Shown here: positions 40,301 through 49,974 of the stretch, one piece after another
Numbering within the stretch: the first letter of the stretch is position 1
Layout: every line of letters begins with the position of its first letter
Origin: Podarcis melisellensis
Taxonomy: Eukaryota
Strand: one strand, 5' to 3'
NCBI GenBank assembly: GCA_964234715.1
Contig: OZ174280.1
Length of the DNA stretch: 64,000 nucleotides
Notes under the pieces: generated by a model
What the model was told of the DNA's origin: nothing
Databases searched by the model: none
What the model saw: only the letters and a program-made list of their open reading frames with translations
Position numbers and translations under genes: made by a program

Positions 40301-42336
40301 TGCAAACTGCACTTGACAAAGCAGATAAAACATTGATTTCTGTCCCTCATCCTAGTCATAAAGATACATGGGTTACTAGTGAAAAAGGTTCTGTTATGTC
40401 TGAACAAGATGTGCCCACTATCAACCCTGAAAATGCCCCACAGGTTCACCAGGAAACTGTAAATAAACCAGCTTCTATTGAAACATCTACAACTGCACCT
40501 GTTCGTAAAGTACTGCTACCCACCCCTGTCAATCCATGTTTCCTCCCTACTTTCTCTTCACCTAACAGTGTTCAGTCTGTAGCTTGGTCAAATGAATCTC
40601 AGGAGAAAAATGTTCCAGGGGTAGCAAGGGATTCTTTCCCAAGCCCAGTGTTCCCATCTCAGGAGAAAGCTCCTGGCCATTTTGAAACAGAAAGAGGTCC
40701 ATCACATTATGAAGACCAAAGAAATCCACAGCCTTGCCACTTTTATGAACAAATGGAGTCACCCACAATTAAAAATGATGAAGAAAGAGGTGGGCCCCCA
40801 TTTTCTTCTCTTGGACACAAAAGCGGTCCTCCATTAATGAGTGGTGCTCCAGATTTCCATGGACAGAGGGGTCTACCACAACAGTTTACTGAAGGGCATA
40901 ATCCTCTACCAAATAATGATGGACAAAGAGGGCCTCCACCCAACAGGTTTGGAGCCCCAAGAGCACCTATCCCTTCCTTATTTTCTGCACAACATGGACC
41001 ACCACCACCACATTTTGGTGATAATAGGGGCCCTTCACAATCATTTCCTGATGGGCCAAGAGAAATTGCACCTTCTCAATTTGAAGAGCATAGGGAACCT
41101 CACATGGAACACAGGGATTCCCAATATGCAGATCCCCAATATCATGAGATGAGTGGTGGTCCTGGACAATTTGAAGGACCTGAGCCTCCACAGTTTATGG
41201 GAAATAGAGGACCTTCACCCTTTCCTTTCGGGAACCCAAGAAGGCCTCCACCAAATCAATTTAAAGGTCAAAGAGGAGGCCCGTCACCTCAGTTTGGAGG
41301 GCCAAGAGGTCCATCACCTAACCATTTTGGTGGTTCAAGAGGTCCTGCTCCAAATCAGTTTGAAGGACAAAGAGGACCTGCTCCAAGTCACATGCCAGGA
41401 CCAAGAGGACTTCTACCACCACCGTTTGAAGAACGGAGAGGGAGCCCACCACCCAGGTTTCCAAATCAGAGAGGTCCAGCACCACATCAGTTTGGAGGAC
41501 CAAGGGGACCTGCACCTGGTCCATTTCCAGAAAAAAATGAACCTTCCCCAAATAGACATAACTTTCCAGGACAATCTCAGCAAGGTATGAAGCCAAACCC
41601 CAGACCACTCTTGGATCTTCCAAGTCATCCACCTCAGCACAGGAAAGAGATGTGGGATGAAACTGGACCACCTGCCTCTCATCCTAATACTTCAGGGCAG
41701 GGTTCTGAGACAGAAGCACAGTGGTCAGCATCTGATTTTCGAGATGGCCGAAGTAATGACTATAGAGCTCAGACTTTTGAAGGGAGACAAAGAGAGAGAT
41801 TTGAGGGAGGTAATAAGGAAAAAATACTAGAGCAGTCTGATCAGTCAGATAATCGATCAAATAGAGTAACGGATGATAGACGACGAGATCGTGACCACAA
41901 CTGGGCTTGGGAAAGGGACCGTGGCAGAAACTGGAATAGAGGGAGAGAAAGGGAATGGGAGAGACATAAAGAAAAAGACTGGGATAAAAACAGAGAGAGA
42001 AACTATAACAAAGACAGGGATAGAGATTCAGAACGGGGGAAAGACTGGGAAAGAACCAGAGAGAGAGCCAGAACCAGAGATGGAGATACTTACCGAAGAC
42101 GAGACAGATCAAGAAGCAGAGACCGTGATTATGACAGATTCAGGGACAGAGAACGAGCTCGAAGTAGAGACAGAGAAAGGGATAGAGAAAGAGATAGAGA
42201 CCGTGACAAAGACAGAGCAAGAGATCGCAAGGACCGGAGTAAAAGTAAGGAGTGCGATAAGGACTCTAAGCAAGAAACACAAACTGGTGGCCAAAGAGCA
42301 TCGCATGCAGAAGCTTCTTCCGCTAAGCAGACATAG
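2217..42336 (+). CDS. DIDO1: Death-inducer obliterator 1, long (DIDO3-type) isoform, 5'-partial; join(2217..2423,3893..4118,21451..21931,22523..22682,23206..23322,24081..24188,25106..25241,25526..26072,27011..27164,29521..29610,30732..30927,39041..42336)
   Basis: 12 AG/GT-bounded exons in continuous phase (5718 nt, 1905 aa + stop). Peptides match recalled vertebrate DIDO1: CIGPGC..VYC..CILKHAAATMKFLS, STPSWASDHNYNAVKPEK, QIRQNIRRSLKEILWKR (TFIIS-M), IWKGFINMQSVAKFVTKAYPVSG (SPOC), LDHILQTLFGKKKSFDP. Synteny with TCFL5 and COL9A3. Confidence 0.97.
3893..4118 (+). CDS. DIDO1: DIDO1 internal exon (last exon shared with the short isoform)
   Basis: acag|GCC GGT ATC...TTC AAA T|gtatgt; AGIKPLSAQKRPAPEK...SWASDHNYNAVKPEK. 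Confidence 0.95.
6263..6447. mobile_element. Degenerate hAT MITE
   Basis: CAGAGGTTCCCAAA...TTTGGGGAAATGCTG termini; 8-bp flanks CTTTAGAG / CTCTAGAG. Confidence 0.65.
6661..6986. mobile_element. Young non-autonomous hAT (Charlie-type) element
   Basis: Perfect 14-bp TIR CAGTGTTTTTCAAC / GTTGAAAAACACTG and perfect 8-bp TSD CTCTAGTA. Confidence 0.9.
15051..15187. mobile_element. Short palindromic hAT-type MITE
   Basis: Internal inverted arms (ctccagacattgctgaactacaa / ttgtagttcagcaacatctggag); 8-bp flanks TTCTAGAC / GTCTAGAC. Confidence 0.7.
18384..18510 (-). mobile_element. SINE-like fragment with CR1-type 3' tail
   Basis: Reverse strand reads gggggttggactagatgacccttgaggtcccttccaactctg (CR1 3' end), preceded by a tRNA-like B-box remnant. 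Confidence 0.55.
21451..21931 (+). CDS. DIDO1: DIDO1 exon, Ser/Lys-rich linker and start of TFIIS-M domain
   Basis: aacag|CA CAG AAA...TGG AAA AG|gtaggc; PSQPNSQIRQNIRRSLKEILWKR. Confidence 0.95.
22523..22682 (+). CDS. DIDO1: DIDO1 exon, TFIIS-M domain
   Basis: ggcag|A GTA AAT GAT...AAT CAG|gtttgt; VNDSDDLAMTESEVGKIALNIEKEMFNLFQATDNRYKSKYRSIMFNLKDPKNQ. Confidence 0.96.
22855..22935 (+). mobile_element. CR1 LINE ORF2 C-terminal fragment
   Basis: Translates LTSLGLFGLEKRQGNMIEIYKILH, resembling the CR1 LGLFSLEKRRLRGDMIEVYKI motif. Confidence 0.6.
23206..23322 (+). CDS. DIDO1: DIDO1 exon, TFIIS-M domain end
   Basis: tttag|GGA CTT TTC...AAA GCA|gtaagc; GLFHRVLREDLPLSRLVRMKPEELVSKELSTWKEKPAKA. 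Confidence 0.95.
23353..23961 (+). mobile_element. Probable solo LTR (609 bp)
   Basis: TG...CA ends; near-duplicated flanks (ATTATGT at both junctions); internal direct repeats (atgggaagtcttgct x2, tcacatgtaattcccacc x2); two CCAAT boxes then AATAAAA at 23877. Confidence 0.65.
24081..24188 (+). CDS. DIDO1: DIDO1 exon
   Basis: catag|GTA ATG...TCA GAT|gtaagt; VMAARRKSFENKKSAVKQEPIPDANMEDSPPVSDSD. Confidence 0.93.
25106..25241 (+). CDS. DIDO1: DIDO1 exon
   Basis: tttag|GAG CAG...TGT ACA G|gtatgc; LDVFSSMLQDTTSQHRAHLFDLNCKICT. Confidence 0.95.
25526..26072 (+). CDS. DIDO1: DIDO1 exon, linker before SPOC
   Basis: tttag|GT CAG ATG...GTT AG|gtatgt; GVITTVTVSGKDPRTA, PKSILTKPSSSSDPRYL. Confidence 0.94.
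27011..27164 (+). CDS. DIDO1: DIDO1 exon, SPOC domain start
   Basis: tgcag|T ATG TCG...AGT GAG|gtgcga; FLSRLNTIWKGFINMQSVAKFVTKAYPVSGSFDYLSE. Confidence 0.95.
27656..27897. mobile_element. Tigger-like MITE
   Basis: TA|CAATGGTACCTC...GAGGTACCACTG|TA. Confidence 0.8.
29340..29470. mobile_element. Truncated Tc1/mariner-type MITE (CCGTATTTTT terminus)
   Basis: TA|CCGTATTTTTCCATGTATAAGAC and repeated ggggcgtcttatac sub-terminal motif; right TIR missing. Confidence 0.6.
29521..29610 (+). CDS. DIDO1: DIDO1 exon, SPOC domain
   Basis: tctag|GAT TTA...TCA AAG|gtactt; DLPDTIHIGGRISPKTVWDYIGKLKSSVSK. Confidence 0.95.
30285..30620 (+). mobile_element. L2 LINE 3' fragment
   Basis: Degenerate ORF2 end (FSAVAPCLWNAIP..FKCQAKTFLFSQAF*) followed by an L2-type 3' UTR. 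Confidence 0.7.
30732..30927 (+). CDS. DIDO1: DIDO1 exon, SPOC domain
   Basis: tatag|GAA CTA TGT...GGA CCA G|gtaagc; ELCLIRFHPATEEEVPSYISLYSYFSSRGRFGVVANNNRHVKDLYLIPL. Confidence 0.96.
34343..34375. repeat. (TG)16 microsatellite
   Basis: Directly visible. Confidence 0.95.
34653..34883. mobile_element. Degenerate Tigger-like MITE
   Basis: Ends GTAACCCGAGGTATGACTG like the other copies; CpG-rich interior with aacccggaagt...acttctgggtt inverted motif. Confidence 0.7.
35382..35610 (-). mobile_element. Retroposon fragment with (TTCTTATG)-type CR1-related tail
   Basis: ataagaacctaagatgaacctgctgaatcaggccattggcccatctagaccagcatc; related copies near 2600-2800 and 56630-57020. Confidence 0.55.
38000..38395 (+). 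mobile_element. Old L2 LINE 3' fragment
   Basis: Degenerate VLVFKAL...LRSA..KTHLFTLAF motifs. Confidence 0.5.
39041..42336 (+). CDS. DIDO1: DIDO1 terminal coding exon (DIDO3-specific: end of SPOC, coiled coil, Pro/Gly-rich repeats, Arg/Asp/Glu-rich tail)
   Basis: tacag|GT CTT GAA TCA...ACA TAG; open 3296 nt; LVEQQKMLEELNKQIEEQKRQLEEQEEALRQQRAAVGVSMAHFSVSDALMSPPPKS. Confidence 0.97.
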
Positions 42337-44165
42337 AAACATAATTATTCTTCAATAATGAGCCACATGAGGAAGAAAAACATGACTCTTTATTACTTGT
42401 ACATATTGTATATTCTGATCGTTAGGCATAGTTTGGTAAAACCTGTTTCACAAATGAGATTTTGGATTGTAAATGCATATATTCATATATTAAGCAGGTA
42501 CATGCTGGACTTGCTACATTTTGTTCGCCTCCTTCCTCTATAAGATATGTAAGGCACAATCCTTTCCCGCATGGGCACAGTGCCTGAGTACTGTTTCCAC
42601 CTAGCCTTGGACCATTGCACTGCCTGCTAGACCAGGGGTCTGGGACCGGGGGATTCAATATTCCATCCACACAGAAAAATTAATGCCTATAGCATTACAG
42701 TTCTAAAATGTTGTTTTTTTCCTACTCACTTTGTCTTTAAATTTCCATTTACAGAAGTAAAAATGGGAACTCTCTTCAATGAGCACATTGCTTTTTATGG
42801 ATGTAAAGTTATGTTTTCCACTAACTTGAAATGTAATTTTATGAAAATTTAAACAATATCTTAGAAGCCATACCATTACATCTTAAATATATAGTATTTT
42901 GGTGTTTCAGTACAGTAGTTCCTACATTCAGGAGAGCCCAACATTTCTGTCCTGAGCTAATTAGGGCAGGATTTTGTGTATTTAAAGAAAGATTGCTGGG
43001 GAGCAGTATTTCTAGCCGCTGGCAGAGTATTTGAATAATAAACATTAAGCTTCTAGGTTCATTATCTTCCTTTTTACATGAGGGCATTTTGAGTTACAGA
43101 TTTCAACTAAGACAAAAAAATGCCTGAGTAAGTAACCATATTTCCTGTTTAGTTTAAGGTTTTTAATGTTGAATTTGTACAAAAAGTGTAATTGATTAAA
43201 AATTAATGACACCTCTATACAAAGCAACTAAACTTTTAAAACATACTTATTGGAAAACATTTTATAAATGCTTCAAATGACTGACTGCAAAGAGAGTAGT
43301 TTGCAGATCTAATCCTTTGTGCAGAATAAATATGGATAATTTAAGCAGTTTGACTTTTCCAGTGCTCAAAGTAAAATATTTGGACAAGTTGTGTTAAGTA
43401 CCTTTGAGTCTTACTAATAACAGTGGGAGACATTTAAGTATGTAATAATTGCCCCATTGAAATATGTGGAGCTTAAAAGTGCTTAAATTAGTCTAGAATA
43501 CATCCTCAGTCCTTTTTCTTGCCACACTCATGGCTATCTTGATAACATTGGAAATAAATATTTGTGTAAAAAATGGAGTAGTAAAACTGATACTAACAAA
43601 TCTGCTTTAAAGAGGAGAGCTTTTCACTGTGAAATAATGCAGTATACTATTACTTTTCCTGTATCTTTCAAGTTCATAATTCAAAAGAATGCATGGGGGG
43701 AAATCCTACCAGTTTAACTGAATTTATGCACTTATAGTTGAGCAGTTACTTTGATATTTTTATAAACATTTTGCAAATGTAAAAATAGATTCGTAACATT
43801 GGCATTTTCAGATCTGCATTTCAAGTAGCACTACTCCTATAAATAAATCACTACAGATTTACACTTTATATTGGTACATCTTACACTTTAAACATCAAAG
43901 ACAAACTGATTTAAACAATGACCTGTATGCAAAACTCTTTTGCAGAAATATTAAAAAGAAAGAGGTAGTGTAGAACATAAATATCTACTATGATGTAATT
44001 TTTCTATTCAAAATGTTTCTAACTTAGATATATATGAAAGTATGCAAAATCAAGTGTTTGTTTAGGTTTATTTGAAAGGGGTTTCTGTAAATTGTATTTT
44101 ATATTTCAGAATATATCACTGTACATTAAATGTGGAACTTCATAGGTTTTTGTTACTGTAAGTCA

Positions 44166-44171
44166 AATAAA
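44166..44171 (+). terminator. Probable DIDO1 long-isoform polyadenylation signal
   Basis: AATAAA at the end of an AT-rich, repeat-free 1.8-kb stretch after the stop; further AATAAA hexamers occur earlier (e.g. 43325). Confidence 0.5.
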
Positions 44172-44666
44172 CATCTAAAGAAAGCCGTTGTATCAAAATT
44201 TTCATAGGAACTGATAGCAGAATCTGCCACATTAATCCAAATACACTACTCTAATGCTTCAGTTTCTTTGGATGGTTGATTACAGAACAGGGTATCTCTA
44301 TTTTGAGAAGATGCAAGAGGAATGGGTAGTTGACTTTACAACCACTAGATGAGCTCTTCAGCCAGAGATCACTTAGTAAAATGAGGAATACATCACTCAA
44401 ATAGTTTAACAACAACAACAAAGTATGGCCATTTGGGTGGCTGTTGGCCAAACTGTCCTGTGACATGATGCTCAGTGCTCCGTCTGCATGTCAGTATAGC
44501 AGTCATGCCTCTCAGTACTACACTGAACCCAGGTCTTCCCTTGCACTCATGCAACAATTGATGCAACCCCCAGTGCTCTTTATTGGAAAGATGTCATTTC
44601 TCTACAAAACTGTAGCTATGAAGTATATTTGAGAATGATCAAGGTACTTCAAACACCCACAAAACA

Positions 44667-44874
44667 AAATAATAATAAATTCCTTCCCGTAGCACCTTAG
44701 AGACAAATTAAGTTTGTTATTGGTATGAGCTTTTGTGTGCATGCACACTTCTTCAGATACGCACACGAAAGCTCATACCAGTAACAAACTTAGCTGGTCT
44801 CTAAGGTGCTACTGGAAGGAATTTGTTTGTTTGTTTTGACTATGGCAGACCAACACGGCTACCTACCTGTAACT
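44667..44874. mobile_element. Penelope-like retroelement remnant (inverted pseudo-LTR pair)
   Basis: Two opposed copies of tccttccagtagcaccttagagac...ggtatgagctttcgtgtgc; 9-bp direct flank CACAAAACA; degenerate hammerhead motif on - strand. Confidence 0.7.
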
Positions 44875-45668
44875 CACAAAACAGATACTGTACTAGGAAA
44901 GCCTAACCTGGAGGATGGCTGGCATTTGTTAACCTATTATTGAAAGAGGGTGTGTGAAATGTACCCCCCCCCAGGACCATTGCACTTGTACATTAACAAT
45001 AACTGAAATTTGGTACACACATGAGCTGTATGCAGAGCTCCAAGTTTAGGCTGAATTTATGTTGAAGGGAATGGGATTACGCCACTCATCCTGTCCCTTG
45101 AATGTACATGTTCAGTGCAGAAGCTAAAGGGGTGTCCTTCCTGTATTTCTGGGGGGGGAGTGAAAATGGGGAGATTACTTTGGTGAGTTAAATCTTGGTG
45201 GACAAAAATCTAGATTCCAGTATTCCAGGACAGAGTAAGCCAAACCCCATGGAGTATTGCTCTGAATATCTCAGCACATGGTTAAATTGGGCTGGGAAGT
45301 GGAGGAGGTGCACCACTGCCTGCCAACAATAATGACAGCTTTTAGAGCAAAGGTGGGACACATTGGCATATGATATGGATCTCTGATTACAGAATGCGAG
45401 CTAAAAGAATTCAATGGTTTCAAGAGACCCTAAAGTCTGCTCAGAACTGCTGCAGTGATAAAGGAGGCTAAATACTTCAAACAATCCATCCTGTATTTTT
45501 ACTCCAAATCTGAGCACCCTTCATTTATGTAGCCAGAACAACAGCTGTGCAAAGAGGCAGAGTATGTAGAATGCGGATAGGGTGTTGAGAGGGGGAAATT
45601 GAAAATAAGTGGGAGGGGAAAGGAGATGGGAGTAGCTGGAAAAAACGGCATGGTCGAATACCATAGGT

Positions 45669-45911
45669 CAGGGGGCTGCAAACTTTTTCAGCAGGGGGGC
45701 GGTCCACTGTCCCTCAGACCTTGTGGGGGGGCGGACTATATTTTGGAAAAAAAAATGAACAAATTCCTATGCCCCACAAATAACCCAGAGATGCATTTTA
45801 AATACAGTAAAAGCACACATTCTACTCATATAAAAACATGCTGATTCCCAGACCATCCGTGGGCTGGATTTAGGTGATCCCCCCCCCCGGGCCTTAGTTT
45901 GCCTACCCATG
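45669..45911. mobile_element. Non-autonomous hAT, OposCharlie1(OC1)-like
   Basis: Perfect 8-bp TSD CCATAGGT; CAGGGG..CAAACT / AGTTTGCCTACCCATG ends; sub-terminal ccactgtccctcagacc..ggactata..atgaacaaattcctatgc. Confidence 0.8.
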
Positions 45912-46170
45912 CCATAGGTGCCAACTCCCTGGGTGTCTGAGCACTCACAAATTTTGGTGCCAGGGCCATGCACCCCGCATGGCACCCATGGTCGCGGGGC
46001 CAAGCTGCCACTCCTGTAAGATACATATGTTCTTCTGTGACAGATTTCAAACATTTTGTTTTCTTGCACAAAAGAGCGATGAAAGACAGCTGACTTACAG
46101 GAATTGGCTACCTCTTATTTGGTAGAAGGGGAATGTAGGATTAAAACAGGCAGCAGGGCTGTTTCACATA

Positions 46171-46469
46171 CAGTGGTACCTCAGGTTACATACGCTTCAG
46201 GTTACAGACTCTGCTAACCCAGAAATAGTACCTCGGGTTAAGAACTTAATTCGGTCCGGAGGTCCATTCTTAACCTGAAACTGTTCTTAACCTGAAGCAC
46301 CACTTTAGGTAATGGGGCCTCCTGCTGCCGCCACGCCATCGGAGCACGATTTCTGTTCTCATCCTGAAGCAAAATTCTTAACCCGAGGTACTATTTCTGG
46401 GTTAGCAGAGTCTGTAACTTGAAACGTATGTACAGTAACCTGAAGCGTATGTAACCCGAGGTACCACTG
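46171..46469. mobile_element. Tigger-like MITE with long terminal inverted arms
   Basis: TA|CAGTGGTACCTCAGGTTACATACGCTTCAGGTTAC...GTAACCTGAAGCGTATGTAACCCGAGGTACCACTG|TA. Confidence 0.9.
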
Positions 46470-47639
46470 TACATTTATTTATCACTCAGTAAAGCATTGG
46501 GTGGCAAATTTCCTGCTCTGCCCAGTAGTCATCACAGCCTGAATGCATCAGGACACTGTAGCAGCTGAAATTATCGCAAATACATTTTAATAGTGGCAAT
46601 TCACCTGCAGATTGTCAGGTATTAGGTCTTGTGATACTGCAGCAAGCTAGAACTTACCTTTCCACCCAGCCATCGCTATAGCAAACTTTGGTGGGAAAGT
46701 ATGGATAGGACTGTCGCCCAAATGGTGACTCACCAAGAAACAGCAGAGCTATCCATGTACTTGCAGAAGCCACAAAAATCCATAAAATAAAAAAATCTTC
46801 AAAACAGCCCAGTGAGCTAGCCAGCAAAAGAACTTGATGCAGCTGACAGCATTATGTCAGCAATATATTCTATAATGCATGGAAGTCCTGAGAGGAAATT
46901 GTTCTTTTATTTTTGCAACGACTGTAAAGTTAGGCTAGGAAAACCTAAGGGGAAAGGTCATTTCTTTTGGAGATACTTAAGAGAAAAGAATTTAGCTTAA
47001 GGAACATTTCCCCATTGTGGAACAGTTGCCTCTTCCAGAAGTTTAACATTTAAAAGTAACAATTATGTAAATATAAACGGTAATGCATATATTTATTTAG
47101 AAGCATTTATGCTGTATACCGCTTAATATTTCAAAACTCTCTTAATAAGTTTGAACTGTTCTTGGCTTTTATCCTAGAGATTCAGGGCCAGCCCAAACTA
47201 GCAAAACGAAACGATTTTTTTTTTAATACTCAAAGCAATTAAGCAAAACAAAACTCACATTTAAATGTGTTATGGTTCAGAGGAGGGTGCAATATGTGAT
47301 TTTTTAAAAAAGTGTATGTGTAGCCGGACTTTTGCAAATTAGGGTTTACAACCCCGGGAGTTTAATCCCATTTTCTGAACAGATGTGCAAGAAGCGAAAC
47401 CTGCCTTTGCAATTGGACGCAACGGCATTCATGGGATAGTTGTTTTTTTTTTAAAAAAAAAAAATCAGTGTACTGTATATCCTTGTGGGAAACGCGGAGG
47501 ATAATTTATGATTTGATGTGATTTCTATTCAGCTTTATGCGGTATTTATTTTATTTTTAAAAAATCTTTTGTGTTGCCCAATGTGGAGCGGGATGATCTG
47601 GATCAACGATCCAAGGGGAAATTGCCCTTTACCTAGGAG

Positions 47640-48560
47640 CAAGCCCCGCAGGATTCAGCGGCGCTTACTTCCGAGTAGGCCTGGACTGGCTTGAGCCCCT
47701 CATGCTTAAGGGACAGGCCCACCGAAGCCGACGGGGCAAGAAGCTTCGGCTCCCGAACGCCTCACGTCCCTTGGCTTCCAACGGGCCTACTCGAGAGGAG
47801 CAGCAGGACTCGCGTCTGGCCTCCAAGCCCCACAAATAACGAAAGTAATGACCGCGACTGGTAGCCTCCACACATAGGGAGTAAGTACCTCCCACTGCGG
47901 GGAGCAGCCGCTTAAGGAAACGAAACACTGAGAGAATGAGGCGAATGCCGCCTCCCTAGTCATTCTTCGCAGGTGAAGAAGAACCTCCGGCCCGTGAGGC
48001 GCCATATCGTGTGTGGAGGAAGCTTTATAACGACGGCGGCGGGGGTGACTTTTGTTGAGGGGTTTAACGCCCCCCCCCAAAAAAAAACCCCGTCCATTAC
48101 ATGCAAGTTTGTGAGGGGTAATTCGCTTCCTATGGCAGGGAGTAACATGGAGGGATTTTTGTGTTTTGTTGTTTGGGAGGGTGGAGAGCAGAGACCGTGA
48201 GGTGGAAGACATGGCGAGCGACAGTTGAAACCCCCCTAGCCCAAAAGGCACTAGCTGAGGGAGCTGGCGCGGCCGTTGCTCCCTCGGCCTCCAACGAGGC
48301 GCGGGCGGGGCTTCCCAACGCCCCTCCCCTCCGCGGTTTTGGCCGTTGGAGGGGTAGTTTGGGGAGGCGGGGCTTCGGCCCCCCCTCGGGGAGCCCAGGG
48401 GCCGTTTGGAGGCGGCGCGAGGGCTGAGAGGCGGGTGGTGGGCGGGGCCGCCCTCCCGTCGGTTGCCAAGGGGGTGCTTGGTTACCTGGTTTGGGCCTGC
48501 CCTCAGAGGTGGGCAGGTAGGGGGGCTGACGCCATTGGTTACCTGTCTGTGGCTGGCCAG
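47640..48560 (+). promoter_or_regulatory. CpG island / TCFL5 promoter and probable non-coding first exon
   Basis: Sharp rise in GC and CpG; GC box GGGCGGGG near 48441; YY1-like AGACATGGCG at 48207; MYB-core hexamers; lies 0.7 kb upstream of the TCFL5 coding exon, which has its own acceptor at 49204. Confidence 0.8.
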
Positions 48561-49243
48561 GTTTCCTCCCCAATTCGCATCCCCCCCCCCAGAAAGGAGC
48601 TTTGATTGCATGCTTCACCTGCCACTGGAGAAGAGCGGGGGTCTCATTCAGAAGGGGCTCAGTCCCTCTTTCCCCTGGAGAAGTTTGAATGCCCAAGAAT
48701 GTGGGCCTGAAGACACCCTCTAACTGTTTTTAAAAATATTATATTATGCATTTTTAAAGGGTGGTGGTGTGCAATTATTTTGTGCTTTCCCTTTTTGGCT
48801 CCAGGTTTTGAAGTACCCTGTGCTTCTTTTAAAAAAAGACTAGGACCCCCTTTCCCTCCCCCAAACCCATCCACACACACACACATCCCAAGGGAGGATT
48901 GGATATTTCATTTGGCAGCTTTTAACTTCAGGCACTTTTTGGAGAATGTAATGTTTCAATTTTTAAAACAACATTGAGCCACTCATACGCTTTGGATGCC
49001 ATTGATGTTTTTTAGTTGGTGATAGTGCTGTCAAGAATTGGGAAAGTTAAGGTCCAGAGGATGTAATGGAAGCATAAGGCAATGCAACAACTGTTTTGTG
49101 CAGGCTAATCAGCGCATCTTTAAAAGCACTAGCTCCTGATTGCACCTATTATTTGCAAAGTTTTGCTGCACCAAGCTGGTGGTGTTTACTCCCTGTACAT
49201 TCAGCTTTCTGAAGACTTTGAGACATTGGTATTTGCCAGTATC

Positions 49244-49974
49244 ATGTCAGACTCAACCTCCAAGGTGTCCGAAACTTCCAACCCTCGGGCTGTGGTTACA
49301 GATCCAGCTTCTACTGCTTCTGCTGCTGAAGGCCCAGCAGATTCCTCTTTTGGTGAGCAAAACCTGAGCTTCACCACCACGGATCTCAGCCTGGTGGAAA
49401 TGACAGAAATAGAATACACACAACTTCAGCACATACTCTATTCCCATATGGAGGCACAAGCAAATGAAAATGAAGCAGAAAATAGGCTGAATTCAAGTTC
49501 CTTCTCCACTAACAATCCTGCAAATCAATCACAATACCTGTCATCATCTAGTAACAGCCTAAGTGGCTTTTCATCAAACAGTTCTGGAAACCAGTCGCTT
49601 TATCCCATTATCTGCCAGTCCGGTTTAGCCTCTGACAGCAATTTCATGGGTCCTAATCAGTGTCTAGGGCACATTGACTTCCAGGAGCTAAGAATGATGT
49701 TGCTCAGTGAGTCTAGCATCCCTCCAAACCAAGCTGAAAAAACTCCTAATAGTAGCTCTGTGGAGATGACTGGGCAGAGTTCAGTTAAAGCCAAACATAG
49801 TGAAAACTTGGGCGGGCTAAATAAAGAAAATTTGCCTGTGGAAAATCCAGCACCAATTCTTGAATCCAGAGCCAAATCTGCAGTCCGTGTTCGATTGGAA
49901 GACAGATTCAACAGTATCCAGGCTGAACTTCCCAGATGTCAAGAAACCCAGGAAACTGGAGTAGCCATTAACAA
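49244..49974 (+). CDS. TCFL5: TCFL5 first coding exon
   Basis: atcATGt start after acceptor cattcag|ctt (49204/49205); donor AAC AA|gtgtgt. Confidence 0.9.

Noticed and set aside
39240-42358. Alternative-frame and antisense ORFs within the DIDO1 last exon
   Set aside because: Shadows of a low-complexity coding exon.
47665-48723. Multiple 60-274 aa ORFs on both strands
   Set aside because: Expected in a GC-rich CpG island; low complexity, no recognisable domain.
49163-49243. N-terminal extension of the TCFL5 ORF (MLHQAGG...)
   Set aside because: It starts at a non-ATG codon and crosses the acceptor at 49204; ATG 49244 is the better start.
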